From: Candidatus Adlerbacteria bacterium
Lineage (GTDB): Bacteria > Patescibacteriota > Minisyncoccia > Phycocordibacterales > SBAW01
NCBI GenBank assembly: GCA_027451965.1
Contig: DAIDHJ010000001.1
Span: forward strand, 424,963 to 488,962
DNA length: 64,000 bases
Reading direction: 5' to 3'
In this document: one piece after another, positions 8,986 to 18,434 of the stretch
Numbering within the stretch: position 1 is the stretch's first letter
Layout: each line of letters begins with the position of its first letter
Made by a program: the position numbers and the translations under genes
Notes under the pieces: model-generated
Seen by the model: only the letters and a program-made list of their open reading frames with translations
The model's database searches: none
Told to the model about the DNA's origin: nothing

Positions 8986-10698
8986 TTACTGTCCGGGAGG
9001 AATATTATAATAATTAATCAGAAATTCGGTCAATTGATGGAAATACGGCGACCAGGTGTCGGCAGCATACGGTGCTCCCACCGGTTCATAGGCCAAGAGA
9101 AACACACTGAACTGCGGATTCGACCCAGGTAGGAATCCGAAGTACGTATGCATGTATTTATGCGGATAGTACGTACCGGTACTGGGATCGACGATCTGTG
9201 CTGTGCCGGTTTTAGCGCCTATGGAGTAATTTGGAATACGAATAGGATAATCAACCCCTGCAGTATTCACCACAGTTACAAGCATTTGACGCACTGTATT
9301 AGCAGTTGAAGGTTTAAGATCTTGGATTGGCGGCCCCCAATTGAGCGTTTTGCTAATGCCAGTATCATAATTAATTGCCTTCGCAAAATGCGGCGTCACT
9401 AAATAGCCCCCGTTAACGAGCGAATTGAGCGCGCGCAGGGTTTCCACTGGCGTCATCGCAATCCCCTGACCGAACGATGCGGTGTCATAATCGACCTGCT
9501 GCTGCGTGTAGAGCGTATTGAGATGGCCGGTTATCTCTCCGGGAAGATCAACGCCCGTACTGGAGGCAAGCTGATAATGATTGATGAAATAATCACGCAT
9601 GGTTGATGATCCCATTTGTGTGGCGATGAATGATGCTCCCACGTTGAGTGATTGGGTGAGAATCGGCTGCATTGGAATCACACCGCGCGGCCTCATATCA
9701 AAGTTGCAGATTCTTGCTTTGTTTACAGTAATACAACCAGTGTCATCGTATGTCGTGGTAGGAGTAATTGCCCCAGAATCAATGCCGGCAGCCATGGTGA
9801 GGGGTTTGATAATAGATCCCATTTCATAGATATTCTGTGCCATGATGTTATTAAACACACCAAGATTAGTTTGTTGATTGAACTTATTGAGATCAAACGT
9901 TGGATTGATTGCCATAGCATAAATCGCTCCTGTATTGGGGTCCATGATGATGCCGCCCAGATACTGCGGATGCCACTCATTCATATATCCTGCGAGCACC
10001 TGCTCAAGCTCTGCCTGCACTGCCGGTTCAATCGTAGTCACGACGTCCCCTGTTTGCGTAGCTCCTTGCAGGGTCGACGCAACGCCGCCGAAGAGCTGCA
10101 CGAAGAAATTGGTGTATAGATCCTGATTGTTGCGGGTTAGTGTGCTGTTGTAGAAACGTTCAAGACCGTACTGCCCCTGCTCCATCCCGCTGTTGTCGTA
10201 TGAGACAAATCCTAATTCCTGTGCTGCAAGCGATCCGCCAGGATAGTAGCGCCAGCGATCCTCAGCAATGACAACCCCGGGGAAATTTTTCGCTTCCAGC
10301 GCCTGGCCCTCGGCAGTTGGAAGATGGTTTGCAACTACAGCGTATTGCGTGTTCTGTTGAGTCGCTTTCGCGATAAATGTAGCATGATCGATCGGTACGA
10401 TTGCGTTCACTTCCTGATAGAGTGCTTCTGGATTAGCTATTTTGGTCGGATTGAGCGCCAGAGAAAAACCATCCTCTAGTGTTGCAGCGATGATGGGCGT
10501 ACCGCTTTTATCCGAGAAATAAATGGAAGCACGGTCAATGAGCGGACTCTGTGGAAGCATGAACTGCGCGTTCGCGCGTGCAAGATACTCCTTACCTTGC
10601 AACACCTGCAACAAATACAACCGTCCGATGATGGCAATCATAAACAGAGCGAACAGCAGTGTGAGCCACCGGATACGGCTGACAAACCGTTTATTCAT
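8986..10698 (-). CDS. ftsI: Class B penicillin-binding protein (FtsI-like)
   Basis: RYYPGG, YEMGSIIK (SxxK), SLN (SxN), KTGTAQ; position in dcw cluster. Confidence 0.88.
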   Translation of the reverse strand: MNKRFVSRIRWLTLLFALFMIAIIGRLYLLQVLQGKEYLARANAQFMLPQSPLIDRASIYFSDKSGTPIIAATLEDGFSLALNPTKIANPEALYQEVNAIVPIDHATFIAKATQQNTQYAVVANHLPTAEGQALEAKNFPGVVIAEDRWRYYPGGSLAAQELGFVSYDNSGMEQGQYGLERFYNSTLTRNNQDLYTNFFVQLFGGVASTLQGATQTGDVVTTIEPAVQAELEQVLAGYMNEWHPQYLGGIIMDPNTGAIYAMAINPTFDLNKFNQQTNLGVFNNIMAQNIYEMGSIIKPLTMAAGIDSGAITPTTTYDDTGCITVNKARICNFDMRPRGVIPMQPILTQSLNVGASFIATQMGSSTMRDYFINHYQLASSTGVDLPGEITGHLNTLYTQQQVDYDTASFGQGIAMTPVETLRALNSLVNGGYLVTPHFAKAINYDTGISKTLNWGPPIQDLKPSTANTVRQMLVTVVNTAGVDYPIRIPNYSIGAKTGTAQIVDPSTGTYYPHKYMHTYFGFLPGSNPQFSVFLLAYEPVGAPYAADTWSPYFHQLTEFLINYYNIPPGQ

Positions 10699-10704
10699 AT
10701 CCCT

Positions 10705-11019
10705 CTACTGTATCACCTGTAGGGAGAGCGAATCAGCATTGGTATATACGGTTGAGACTACCGTAGGTTTGACCAATCCAAGTTGGGTAATTGTTGCGGG
10801 AGTGATTGATTCAGTTTTCTGCAAATATTCCGTTTCCAATACTCCCACCTGGGTTGCAAGATCACGGATGTGCACTTGAGCGCTCTGCCGAGCGGCAGCA
10901 TGCATGACTGTCATGAGAAGAAACATGCCATATAGAAAGGCGGAAACAACGATGCAGAGGGTAAGAAAAAATACTGTACGGGCGTATACCTGCGATAAGG
11001 ATAAGGACATGGTTTTCAT
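10705..11019 (-). CDS. Small bitopic protein, FtsL-like
   Basis: One TM plus short coiled coil, located between rsmH and ftsI. Confidence 0.6.
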   Translation of the reverse strand: MKTMSLSLSQVYARTVFFLTLCIVVSAFLYGMFLLMTVMHAAARQSAQVHIRDLATQVGVLETEYLQKTESITPATITQLGLVKPTVVSTVYTNADSLSLQVIQ

Positions 11020-12002
11020 ACTTTTTGGATTGCCCGCAGTTTTGCACTGCGCGCAGAAGGATTAGCGTGTAATTCTGCTTGTGTGGGAAGAATGGGTTTT
11101 TTGGTAAGCAGTACTCCTCCTTGCTGGGCATATGTTTTGAAAAAGTGTTTTACGATCCGATCTTCGATGCTATGGAATGTAATAACAACAATGCGACCTC
11201 CTGGCTGAAGCAGTTTCCATGCCTGTGCAAGTCCCTGTTCAAGGACCGTAAGTTCATCATTAACTGCAATGCGCAGGGCTTGAAACGTACGGGTTGCTGG
11301 ATGAATCCGCCCCCGTCGATAGGCAGGGGGTACCGCTGCGCGCACAGCCTCTACCAACTGCGCAGTGGTGGTAAATGGCGTTGTATCGCGTTGGGACACA
11401 ATCTGCCGAGCAATACGTCTTGCATAGCGCTCTTCCCCATAGCCAAATAGGAGATTCGCAATTGCCTCCTCGCTAAGCGTGTTGAGCATATCCGCCGCAG
11501 TAAGTCCGGATGCGGGTATATCCCCATAGCTCATGATGAGCGGTTCGTCCTGCACAAAAGAGAATCCTCTTCCGCCCAGGAGCTGCGTCCTGTTCCATCC
11601 AAGATCAAACAAACATTTATCAATCGCAAGTACGCCGACTTCCGCAAGCAGTTTTTCCATGTGTCCAAAATTTCCCTCCAATACCCGTGCCCGAGAACCG
11701 TACGGCCTAGAGAGCATCTGTACATGCGCAACTGACGTCGGATCCGCATCAAGCGCAATAAGCTGTACATCTGCACGCTGCAGTATGCGCATGCTGTGCC
11801 CCCCACGTCCTGCTGTTGCATCTACAACCACGTCACCCGGACGAAGAGATAATAGCTCTATTGCTTCCTCCGGAAATACGCTTTGGTGTGTTGCTGATTC
11901 CATGACGTGCGCTGATTCCTGCTCATGTGTAGTGCCGTCCTCCTCTCGCAAAAGACGCCGCCCCACACGAACAGAAATCAACGTATGCATGAGTCCGTTC
12001 AT
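11016..12002 (-). CDS. rsmH: 16S rRNA m4C1402 methyltransferase
   Basis: DATAGRGGHS, FDLG, RTFQALRIAVNDEL, FHSIEDRIVK, RSAKLR; ATG overlaps the mraZ stop (ATGA). Confidence 0.96.
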   Translation of the reverse strand: MNGLMHTLISVRVGRRLLREEDGTTHEQESAHVMESATHQSVFPEEAIELLSLRPGDVVVDATAGRGGHSMRILQRADVQLIALDADPTSVAHVQMLSRPYGSRARVLEGNFGHMEKLLAEVGVLAIDKCLFDLGWNRTQLLGGRGFSFVQDEPLIMSYGDIPASGLTAADMLNTLSEEAIANLLFGYGEERYARRIARQIVSQRDTTPFTTTAQLVEAVRAAVPPAYRRGRIHPATRTFQALRIAVNDELTVLEQGLAQAWKLLQPGGRIVVITFHSIEDRIVKHFFKTYAQQGGVLLTKKPILPTQAELHANPSARSAKLRAIQKV

Positions 12003-12433
12003 AAGATACCGAGATCGCCGAGTGCCTGTGCCATCTGATCCGCGCTGCGTTCAATACGATGCTTGTACTCTTCCCAGATCTTTTCATTCCAGATTTCAAT
12101 ACGATCTGAAACACCCGCGACAACGACCCGTGATTTGAGCTGTGCAAATTCTTTTAAAAAATCAGGAATAAGAATGCGTCCGGCGGTATCCACTTCCGTC
12201 TCAACGGCTCCTGCAAGCAAGAACCGACTCATACCTCGCGTATCTGCTTGACCGACCGGCAGTGCGGCCAGTTTCTGCGCGATACTCTGCCATGCTTTCT
12301 CCGGAAAGATGAACAGACAGGAATCAAGTCCACGAGTGACTACTACGCTTTTCCCTACTTCCTTGCGAAACTTGCTGGGAAGTGAAAGGCGTTTTTTATC
12401 GTCGAGCGTGTGAAGATATTCGCCAATGAGCAT
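11999..12433 (-). CDS. mraZ: Transcriptional regulator MraZ
   Basis: GEYLHTLDDKKRLSLP, DTAGRILIP, RIEIW. Confidence 0.98.
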   Translation of the reverse strand: MLIGEYLHTLDDKKRLSLPSKFRKEVGKSVVVTRGLDSCLFIFPEKAWQSIAQKLAALPVGQADTRGMSRFLLAGAVETEVDTAGRILIPDFLKEFAQLKSRVVVAGVSDRIEIWNEKIWEEYKHRIERSADQMAQALGDLGIL

Positions 12434-12448
12434 AGGGTTTGTGGGTAT

Positions 12449-12493
12449 CCCATTTCATCCCACTGATTCCTATAATACTGCACTTTCCCCCAC
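12449..12493 (-). promoter_or_regulatory. MraZ operator: five GTGGG-like boxes at exact 10-bp period
   Basis: Minus strand GTGGG, GTGCA, ATAGG, GTGGG, ATGGG starting at 12493, 12483, 12473, 12463, 12453. Confidence 0.8.
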
Positions 12494-12506
12494 TCTCTGA
12501 ACATAT

Positions 12507-12515
12507 TTATCCACA
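12507..12515 (+). promoter_or_regulatory. Perfect DnaA box
   Basis: TTATCCACA. Confidence 0.55.
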
Positions 12516-12566
12516 CAAAAACACCCGGCCTGAGCCGGGATGAGGAATGCTTGATTCTTTTGTTTC

Positions 12567-14030
12567 TTAGTCGTTTTTTGGACGCATCAGAGGAAAGATT
12601 TGTGCTTCTCGGATACTTTTTCCGGCCAAAAAGCTGAAAAGTCGTTCAGATACACCGAAACCGAAAGTGGGAGGCATGCCGTATTCCAAAGCGGTCACGT
12701 ATTCAAAATCGGCCATTTGTGCTTCTTCATCCCCTGCATCACGTAAAGCTTGTTGTTGTTCAAATCGTTCTTTCTGGTCAACAGGATCATTCAACTCGTT
12801 GAATGCCTTACCGACTTCACTGCCTGCCAGCAGAATCTGAAACCGTTCAACAACGCGAGGGTCCTTCACAGACCGCTTTGCGAGTGGTTCAAGATATACC
12901 GGCATACCAATTAGTATTGCAGGCCCCGCGATGGTTCGGCGAATTTTCTTCCATAAGAGATCCACACCTCGGCCGATATCTACATTGTGTTCATACTCAA
13001 TTCCTTCCTTATCTAACACGCTCCGTACTTGCGGCAGTGTGACTGTCCTTGGATCAAAATCATACTGCCGTTGCATCAGTTCGTTGAAATCAAGTGTCTC
13101 CCATGTCTTACTGAGATCTACCGTAAATGAACCTATGGTAAACACCATAGTACCAAAGGCTTTCTGTGCAGCAGTTCGATATAGTTCCATGAGCATCGGT
13201 ACTCCTTCCCTCGCATCTTCGTACGATGCATAGAACTCAAACGAAGTGTAATCTTGGGCATGTTCGTGCGACATGCCCTCATTGCGGAAAATCCGGCCGA
13301 TCTCAAACGTCTTCGGCAGACCCGCTACCATAAGTTTCTTCTGCCATAATTCCCCGACAGAGATGCGCAGGAACACATCAATATCAAGCGCATTGTGGTG
13401 AGTAATGAATGGACGAGCTTCCGCTCCTCCGGTAGTCGTTTCCAGGACAGGTGTCTCCACTTCGATAAATCCGCGTTCCAGCATGAACGTGCGTATAGCG
13501 TTCCAAAATACTGAGCGCTTTTTCACCAGTTCCATCACCTCCGGATTAAGCAGGATATCGAGATAGCGTTTACGATAGCGTTCATCCTCATCCTTGAGTC
13601 CAAACCATTGATCGGGTACCGGACGAATGCTTTTTGCAAGCATGCGCCAGGAAGTTACACCTATCGATGACACGCCGCGTTTTGTCGTGAATGCCTCACC
13701 GGTCACTTCTATAAAATCGCTCGGATCAACAGCATCCATAAAAAGCGAGAAGTGATCTGGATCCATCTCATCTTTTTTCAATACTGCCTGGATACGGGCA
13801 GTGCCATCAAATAAATCTACAAATACGACTCCTCCCTGATCGCGCAAGGACATGATTCGCCCTGCAAGCGTGATGGTGGTGCGTGCTTCGGCAAGCGCAT
13901 CGAATGCACGGAGAAACGTTGCATTGTCATGTGAACGATATGACTCCGCAGGATACGGATCCATCCCTCGTTGCCGCAGCAGTGTAATTTTTTTCAGGCG
14001 TTCAGTACGAATTTCTTCCAGCGAAGCCAT
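12567..14030 (-). CDS. lysS: Lysine--tRNA ligase (class II)
   Basis: RYRKRYLD, GGAEARPFITHHN, FRNEG, YGMPP, FPLMRP. Confidence 0.98.
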   Translation of the reverse strand: MASLEEIRTERLKKITLLRQRGMDPYPAESYRSHDNATFLRAFDALAEARTTITLAGRIMSLRDQGGVVFVDLFDGTARIQAVLKKDEMDPDHFSLFMDAVDPSDFIEVTGEAFTTKRGVSSIGVTSWRMLAKSIRPVPDQWFGLKDEDERYRKRYLDILLNPEVMELVKKRSVFWNAIRTFMLERGFIEVETPVLETTTGGAEARPFITHHNALDIDVFLRISVGELWQKKLMVAGLPKTFEIGRIFRNEGMSHEHAQDYTSFEFYASYEDAREGVPMLMELYRTAAQKAFGTMVFTIGSFTVDLSKTWETLDFNELMQRQYDFDPRTVTLPQVRSVLDKEGIEYEHNVDIGRGVDLLWKKIRRTIAGPAILIGMPVYLEPLAKRSVKDPRVVERFQILLAGSEVGKAFNELNDPVDQKERFEQQQALRDAGDEEAQMADFEYVTALEYGMPPTFGFGVSERLFSFLAGKSIREAQIFPLMRPKND

Positions 14031-14088
14031 AGCAATTGTGTTCCTACTATAGCAAATACTAGACTGATGTCATCGCAGCGAGCAGGAA

Positions 14089-14550
14089 CTATTCTACTTT
14101 AAGAATCTTGTAGCGCTGTGTGCCCTTAGGAGTATGAAAAGAGAACTCTTCTCCGCTTTTTTTACCAAGCAATGCAGCACCTAATGGAGAATGGTAGGAG
14201 ATTTTTCCATTAAACATGTCAGCTTCTTCTGCGCCGACAATAGTGTACTGATGCTTCTCGTCTCCGCCTACTTTTTGGACTTGTACTGTGGATCCCATGC
14301 CTACCGTATCGGTCTTAGTATTGCGCACGATTTTTGCATGCTTCAAAATACTTTCCAGTTTTTGGATGCGTTCTTCAACCGCTGCCTGAAGGCCTCGCGC
14401 TTCCTGATATTCTGCATTTTCAGACAAATCCCCTAGAGAGCGAGCGTATTCCAGCTGCTCAGCCACTTCGCGTCGACGTGTGGTACGAAGCTCATTCAGT
14501 TCCTGCGTCAATTCTTCAAATTTCTCCTGAGAAATAAATTCTTCAGTCAT
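14089..14550 (-). CDS. greA: Transcription elongation factor GreA
   Basis: GDLSENAEY, ISYHSPLGAALLGK; start re-called at MTEEF. Confidence 0.97.
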   Translation of the reverse strand: MTEEFISQEKFEELTQELNELRTTRRREVAEQLEYARSLGDLSENAEYQEARGLQAAVEERIQKLESILKHAKIVRNTKTDTVGMGSTVQVQKVGGDEKHQYTIVGAEEADMFNGKISYHSPLGAALLGKKSGEEFSFHTPKGTQRYKILKVE

Positions 14551-14596
14551 GTTCGCAAGAAGTGTATCCAACTGGGCATAAAAGTCAACATACTGC

Positions 14597-16276
14597 TTAC
14601 TGCAGGTATTGCGGATCATTCGCTTCCATCCATTGCAGCGTATATTTTACAACACGGGATGCGCCTTCCAGCGTTCCCGATTTCCCTTTCTCTAACACAA
14701 CGGCAAACGCGTAGTGCGGATTTTCATATGGGAAAAATCCCATCATCCAGGAATTTTCAAATGCATTATTTACTCCCAATTGCGCGGTTCCTGTCTTTGC
14801 AGCGACATGTACAAAATCGAAGTTTACCGCTTGTGCAATACCACCTGTCACACCCAATCGCATTCCTTCGCGTATGACTTCAACGTTATGCTGGTCAAGC
14901 GATAAGTTGGTGCCTTGCGGCGTAGAGCTGGCAAGCAATTGTGGGGTAAGCAGCATGCCTCCGTTGGCAATGGCTGCAGCTTCACGCACAATCTGGAGCG
15001 GTGTAACGGTAAGTCCGTACTGTCCGATGGCGGTGTGGTATGTATCACCGATGCGCCAGGTAGGATCAGCGGGAAAATTTTCTGCCTTCCATTGCGGTGA
15101 TGGAATAGTACCGGAAGGTTCTGGAAATCCAGCCAAACCAGCGGGACTGCCAAAGCCAAAAAGACGATAATACTGATCCAGAGCGTTGATCCCAATTCCT
15201 GGTTGATTCTGATACCCACCTCCCACTTCATAGAAATACACGTCAGAGGAATAGGCGATGGCGTGACGCATATCCACCCAACCATTTGCACGCCAGTCTT
15301 TGAAGACGAAAGGATGTGCAGGATCGTAGGGATTAGGAAGACTAATGGAACCAGTACTCAATATTTGCGTGTTTTCATTGATCACCCCATCGGTCAGTGC
15401 GGCAATACCGACAATCGGCTTCACGATTGAACCAGGGGCATACAGTCCGTTGATTGCGCGATCGAGAAATGGTTGATCAGGATTGCTGTTATACGAAGCA
15501 ATAGCAGAAGGATCGCCGTCTGTCATCGCCTGCGAAGAATACTCAGGGTAACTGGTAAGCGCGATAATTTGTCCGGTATGCACATCCATGATGACTCCCG
15601 CCCCTCCTTGGTATCCTGCTTCGGAAGCAACCTTGGCTATTGCCTGATAGAGTGCCTGGGTTACTTTTGCATCAAGAGAGAGCGTGACGGTTTGTCCGGC
15701 CTGCGGGGGCTGTTCTTCGCTCTGGGAGATAATATTTCCATGTGCATCGGTCTCTGTTAACTTCATCCCATTTTGTCCCGATAACACATCGTTGTAGGCG
15801 CGTTCCACCCCGTTCATACCTACGAAGGTAGTTCGGTAATAGGTACCAGTTGCATCTTTTGCCGGCGGCTGCACGTACCCAAGCACAGAGGATATGCCTT
15901 GATAGGGTGCGTATACCCGTTTTGCAAAATCGTCAGTAAGTTGTGCGCGGGAATTACTTGCTAGTACGAGCCCGTTTCGATCGAGAATGTCTCCGCGATC
16001 AGCGAATATAACCTGCTGTGTCAGCTGGTTCTCCATCGCCCGTATAGCATACGTTTGCCCGTGCGCAATCTGGAGATCCCCTGCGCGAATCACCAGGACG
16101 AAGAACAGCAGCGCGATGATGCCCGCAGCGGTGCGTGGTACATTTCGATCAATCGGCCGCTCCATACGCCCTTCAAACTGGTCCTTATCAAATGACGGGA
16201 GGTTGGAGGCATCGATAAAAATATCTTCAGGAGTAATTTCACTTTTTCTCCGTACTCCCCGTCTGCGCCACCACAT
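14597..16276 (-). CDS. mrdA: Penicillin-binding protein 2 (MrdA-like)
   Basis: PGSIVK, SSDVYFY, AIGQ, KTGTAQ; downstream of mreBC; start re-called after TATACT. Confidence 0.88.
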   Translation of the reverse strand: MWWRRRGVRRKSEITPEDIFIDASNLPSFDKDQFEGRMERPIDRNVPRTAAGIIALLFFVLVIRAGDLQIAHGQTYAIRAMENQLTQQVIFADRGDILDRNGLVLASNSRAQLTDDFAKRVYAPYQGISSVLGYVQPPAKDATGTYYRTTFVGMNGVERAYNDVLSGQNGMKLTETDAHGNIISQSEEQPPQAGQTVTLSLDAKVTQALYQAIAKVASEAGYQGGAGVIMDVHTGQIIALTSYPEYSSQAMTDGDPSAIASYNSNPDQPFLDRAINGLYAPGSIVKPIVGIAALTDGVINENTQILSTGSISLPNPYDPAHPFVFKDWRANGWVDMRHAIAYSSDVYFYEVGGGYQNQPGIGINALDQYYRLFGFGSPAGLAGFPEPSGTIPSPQWKAENFPADPTWRIGDTYHTAIGQYGLTVTPLQIVREAAAIANGGMLLTPQLLASSTPQGTNLSLDQHNVEVIREGMRLGVTGGIAQAVNFDFVHVAAKTGTAQLGVNNAFENSWMMGFFPYENPHYAFAVVLEKGKSGTLEGASRVVKYTLQWMEANDPQYLQ

Positions 16277-16326
16277 GAGCTCAGTATAGCGGCGCACGGG
16301 CATTCATCAAATATGAAGTCTACTTA

Positions 16327-16605
16327 TTATAGATATTCAGGCATGTGCGCACGAATCTGCTGGAGTACTATGTACCGCAGAATAAGTGCTGCAGAACACA
16401 ACAGCGTCCAAGGAAAGAGAATTGTATGAAACATGCCGGTTGGTCTTCCCCATAGCAGATCGGCACCTACTGCTATGAGCAGCGACAGAAACCATGCGTC
16501 ATCGAGAATAAAACAAGTGATTGCCAGAAGTGTAAGCGGCCACCACAAAAATAAATAACCCGCTACTAGAAATATCCAACCAAAAATGAAGAGTGTCTTA
16601 CGCAT
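16327..16605 (-). CDS. Small membrane protein in the mreD position
   Basis: 92 aa, hydrophobic, overlaps the mreC end. Confidence 0.6.
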   Translation of the reverse strand: MRKTLFIFGWIFLVAGYLFLWWPLTLLAITCFILDDAWFLSLLIAVGADLLWGRPTGMFHTILFPWTLLCSAALILRYIVLQQIRAHMPEYL

Positions 16606-17398
16606 GTTTCCACACTTCTACGTACTCAAGCTCCTCAATATTGACCGGTTCATGCAGATATATGTTCTCAAATGATTGATTAGCGGGAGCATCCACGGCA
16701 GATACGGTGCCAATAAATCCTCCTACAATACTGGGAAACACTATAGTATCTCCAGGAGCAACTGTAGTGCCCGAAGGAACTTTTCCCATAAGCGCGCCGC
16801 CGCCTTCCCCAGTAATCACAATTGGCATAATGGATCCTTGTTGTGTATGCAGCAATGCATTGTAGGTTTGATCGGGAGCGGAAAAGAGCGTGACATATGA
16901 CACTGATCGATCTGCTTGCGATATAAATCCGATTAGAGTAGTACCACCAGAGGCAACCATATCACCAGTAGCAACCCCGTCATTCGTACCCGCATCAATA
17001 AGGAGCGTATCGTATGGAAGTGCCGGAGGACGAATTAAAATAGCACCTAGGATAACAGGAGTATTCCCATCTCTCCCCAATCGACTCTTAAGGTCAAGCG
17101 TTTCTTGATAGAGTGCATTTCTGTCGGCAAGTGCTGCCGTACTGGAAGCGAGTGCTGCCTGCAGCGCCTGATTTTGAGCCATCAGTGCCGTCTTGGACAT
17201 AAACTGTGCCTGCCAATCAGCTGAGATTGCAACAAGACCTTGGCGGGCCTGTAATAGCGGCACACCAACACCCCACATACTGTTACCAAGCGGAAAGCGT
17301 AAAAGAATCACGACACCAAGCACAACTATCACTCCCACGATGAGGCCGACGTATCGCTGCAGTGGATAGCGAGTTCGATTAGGCGAGATCCTCGTCAT
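16598..17398 (-). CDS. mreC: Rod shape-determining protein MreC
   Basis: TM plus coiled coil plus beta domain (YDTLLIDAG..DGV..GD); follows mreB. Confidence 0.9.
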   Translation of the reverse strand: MTRISPNRTRYPLQRYVGLIVGVIVVLGVVILLRFPLGNSMWGVGVPLLQARQGLVAISADWQAQFMSKTALMAQNQALQAALASSTAALADRNALYQETLDLKSRLGRDGNTPVILGAILIRPPALPYDTLLIDAGTNDGVATGDMVASGGTTLIGFISQADRSVSYVTLFSAPDQTYNALLHTQQGSIMPIVITGEGGGALMGKVPSGTTVAPGDTIVFPSIVGGFIGTVSAVDAPANQSFENIYLHEPVNIEELEYVEVWKHA

Positions 17399-18434
17399 AT
17401 TCGATGAGCATATCCTTGTAGAGATCTAGGTTCTCCAAAATGACACCGGTGCCACGCGCCACCGCCGTAAGCGGATCATCAGCGACCATCACCGGCACCT
17501 TCAACCATTCCGCAAGTAGTGGAGCTAGTCCTTTGATGAGTGCGCCACCGCCACACAGTACAATACCTGAACGGATAATGTCTCCCAAAATTTCTGGTGG
17601 CGTAGTTTCGAGCACTTCTCGTATGGATTCAATGAGCGTATCGATGGATTGTGAGATTGCTTCGCGAATATCAGAATCAGTAAGCACGATTTCGCGTGGC
17701 AATCCGCTAATGAGATCACGGCCGCATACTACTGCTTCAAGGCGTCCCTCTCCTTCGAGGATCGCACCTATGGCAATCTTTACCTCTTCTGCCGTTTTTT
17801 CACCAATAAGCATCTTGAATTCGGACCGTACGTAGGAAATGATATCTTGATTGAGTTTATCGCCCGCGATGCGCAGATTCTTCGATCGCACGATACCGCC
17901 CAGAGAAAGAACAGCAATATCAGTGGTACCCCCGCCGATATCGACGATCATGTTGCCAATTGCTTCTCGAATAGGCATGCGAATGCCGAGTGCCGCCGCA
18001 ATCGGTTCTTCAACGATAAATGCTTCGCGTGCGCCGGCATTCTCCGCCGCATCTTTGACCGCACGAATCTCTACATTGGTTATACCAGAGGGAACACCGA
18101 TAACCGCTCGCGGTCCAAGCATCTTCTTCTGAATGCCCTGTGCCCGATTCATGAGGTGTGCGAGCATTTCTTCGGTTGCTTCAAAGTCAGAGACAACTCC
18201 ATCGACCAAGGGGCGCACCGCCGCAAGATGTCCAGGGGTACGGCCGAGCATTTGCTTGGCTTGTGCGCCAATCGCTACCACTTGCCCGGTTTTCTGATTG
18301 ATCGCCACCACAGACGGTTCTGTCACTACAATGCCCTTGCCACGCAAATAGACCAGCGTATTCGCCGTTCCTAGATCAATACCAACATCATTGGAAAGGA
18401 GTGGTGAAAGTTGTTGTCTAAAACGTTCAAGCAT
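17379..18434 (-). CDS. mreB: Rod shape-determining protein MreB
   Basis: GIDLGTANT, EPSVVA, VDIGGGTTD, LCGGGAL. Confidence 0.97.
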   Translation of the reverse strand: MLERFRQQLSPLLSNDVGIDLGTANTLVYLRGKGIVVTEPSVVAINQKTGQVVAIGAQAKQMLGRTPGHLAAVRPLVDGVVSDFEATEEMLAHLMNRAQGIQKKMLGPRAVIGVPSGITNVEIRAVKDAAENAGAREAFIVEEPIAAALGIRMPIREAIGNMIVDIGGGTTDIAVLSLGGIVRSKNLRIAGDKLNQDIISYVRSEFKMLIGEKTAEEVKIAIGAILEGEGRLEAVVCGRDLISGLPREIVLTDSDIREAISQSIDTLIESIREVLETTPPEILGDIIRSGIVLCGGGALIKGLAPLLAEWLKVPVMVADDPLTAVARGTGVILENLDLYKDMLIEYDEDLA

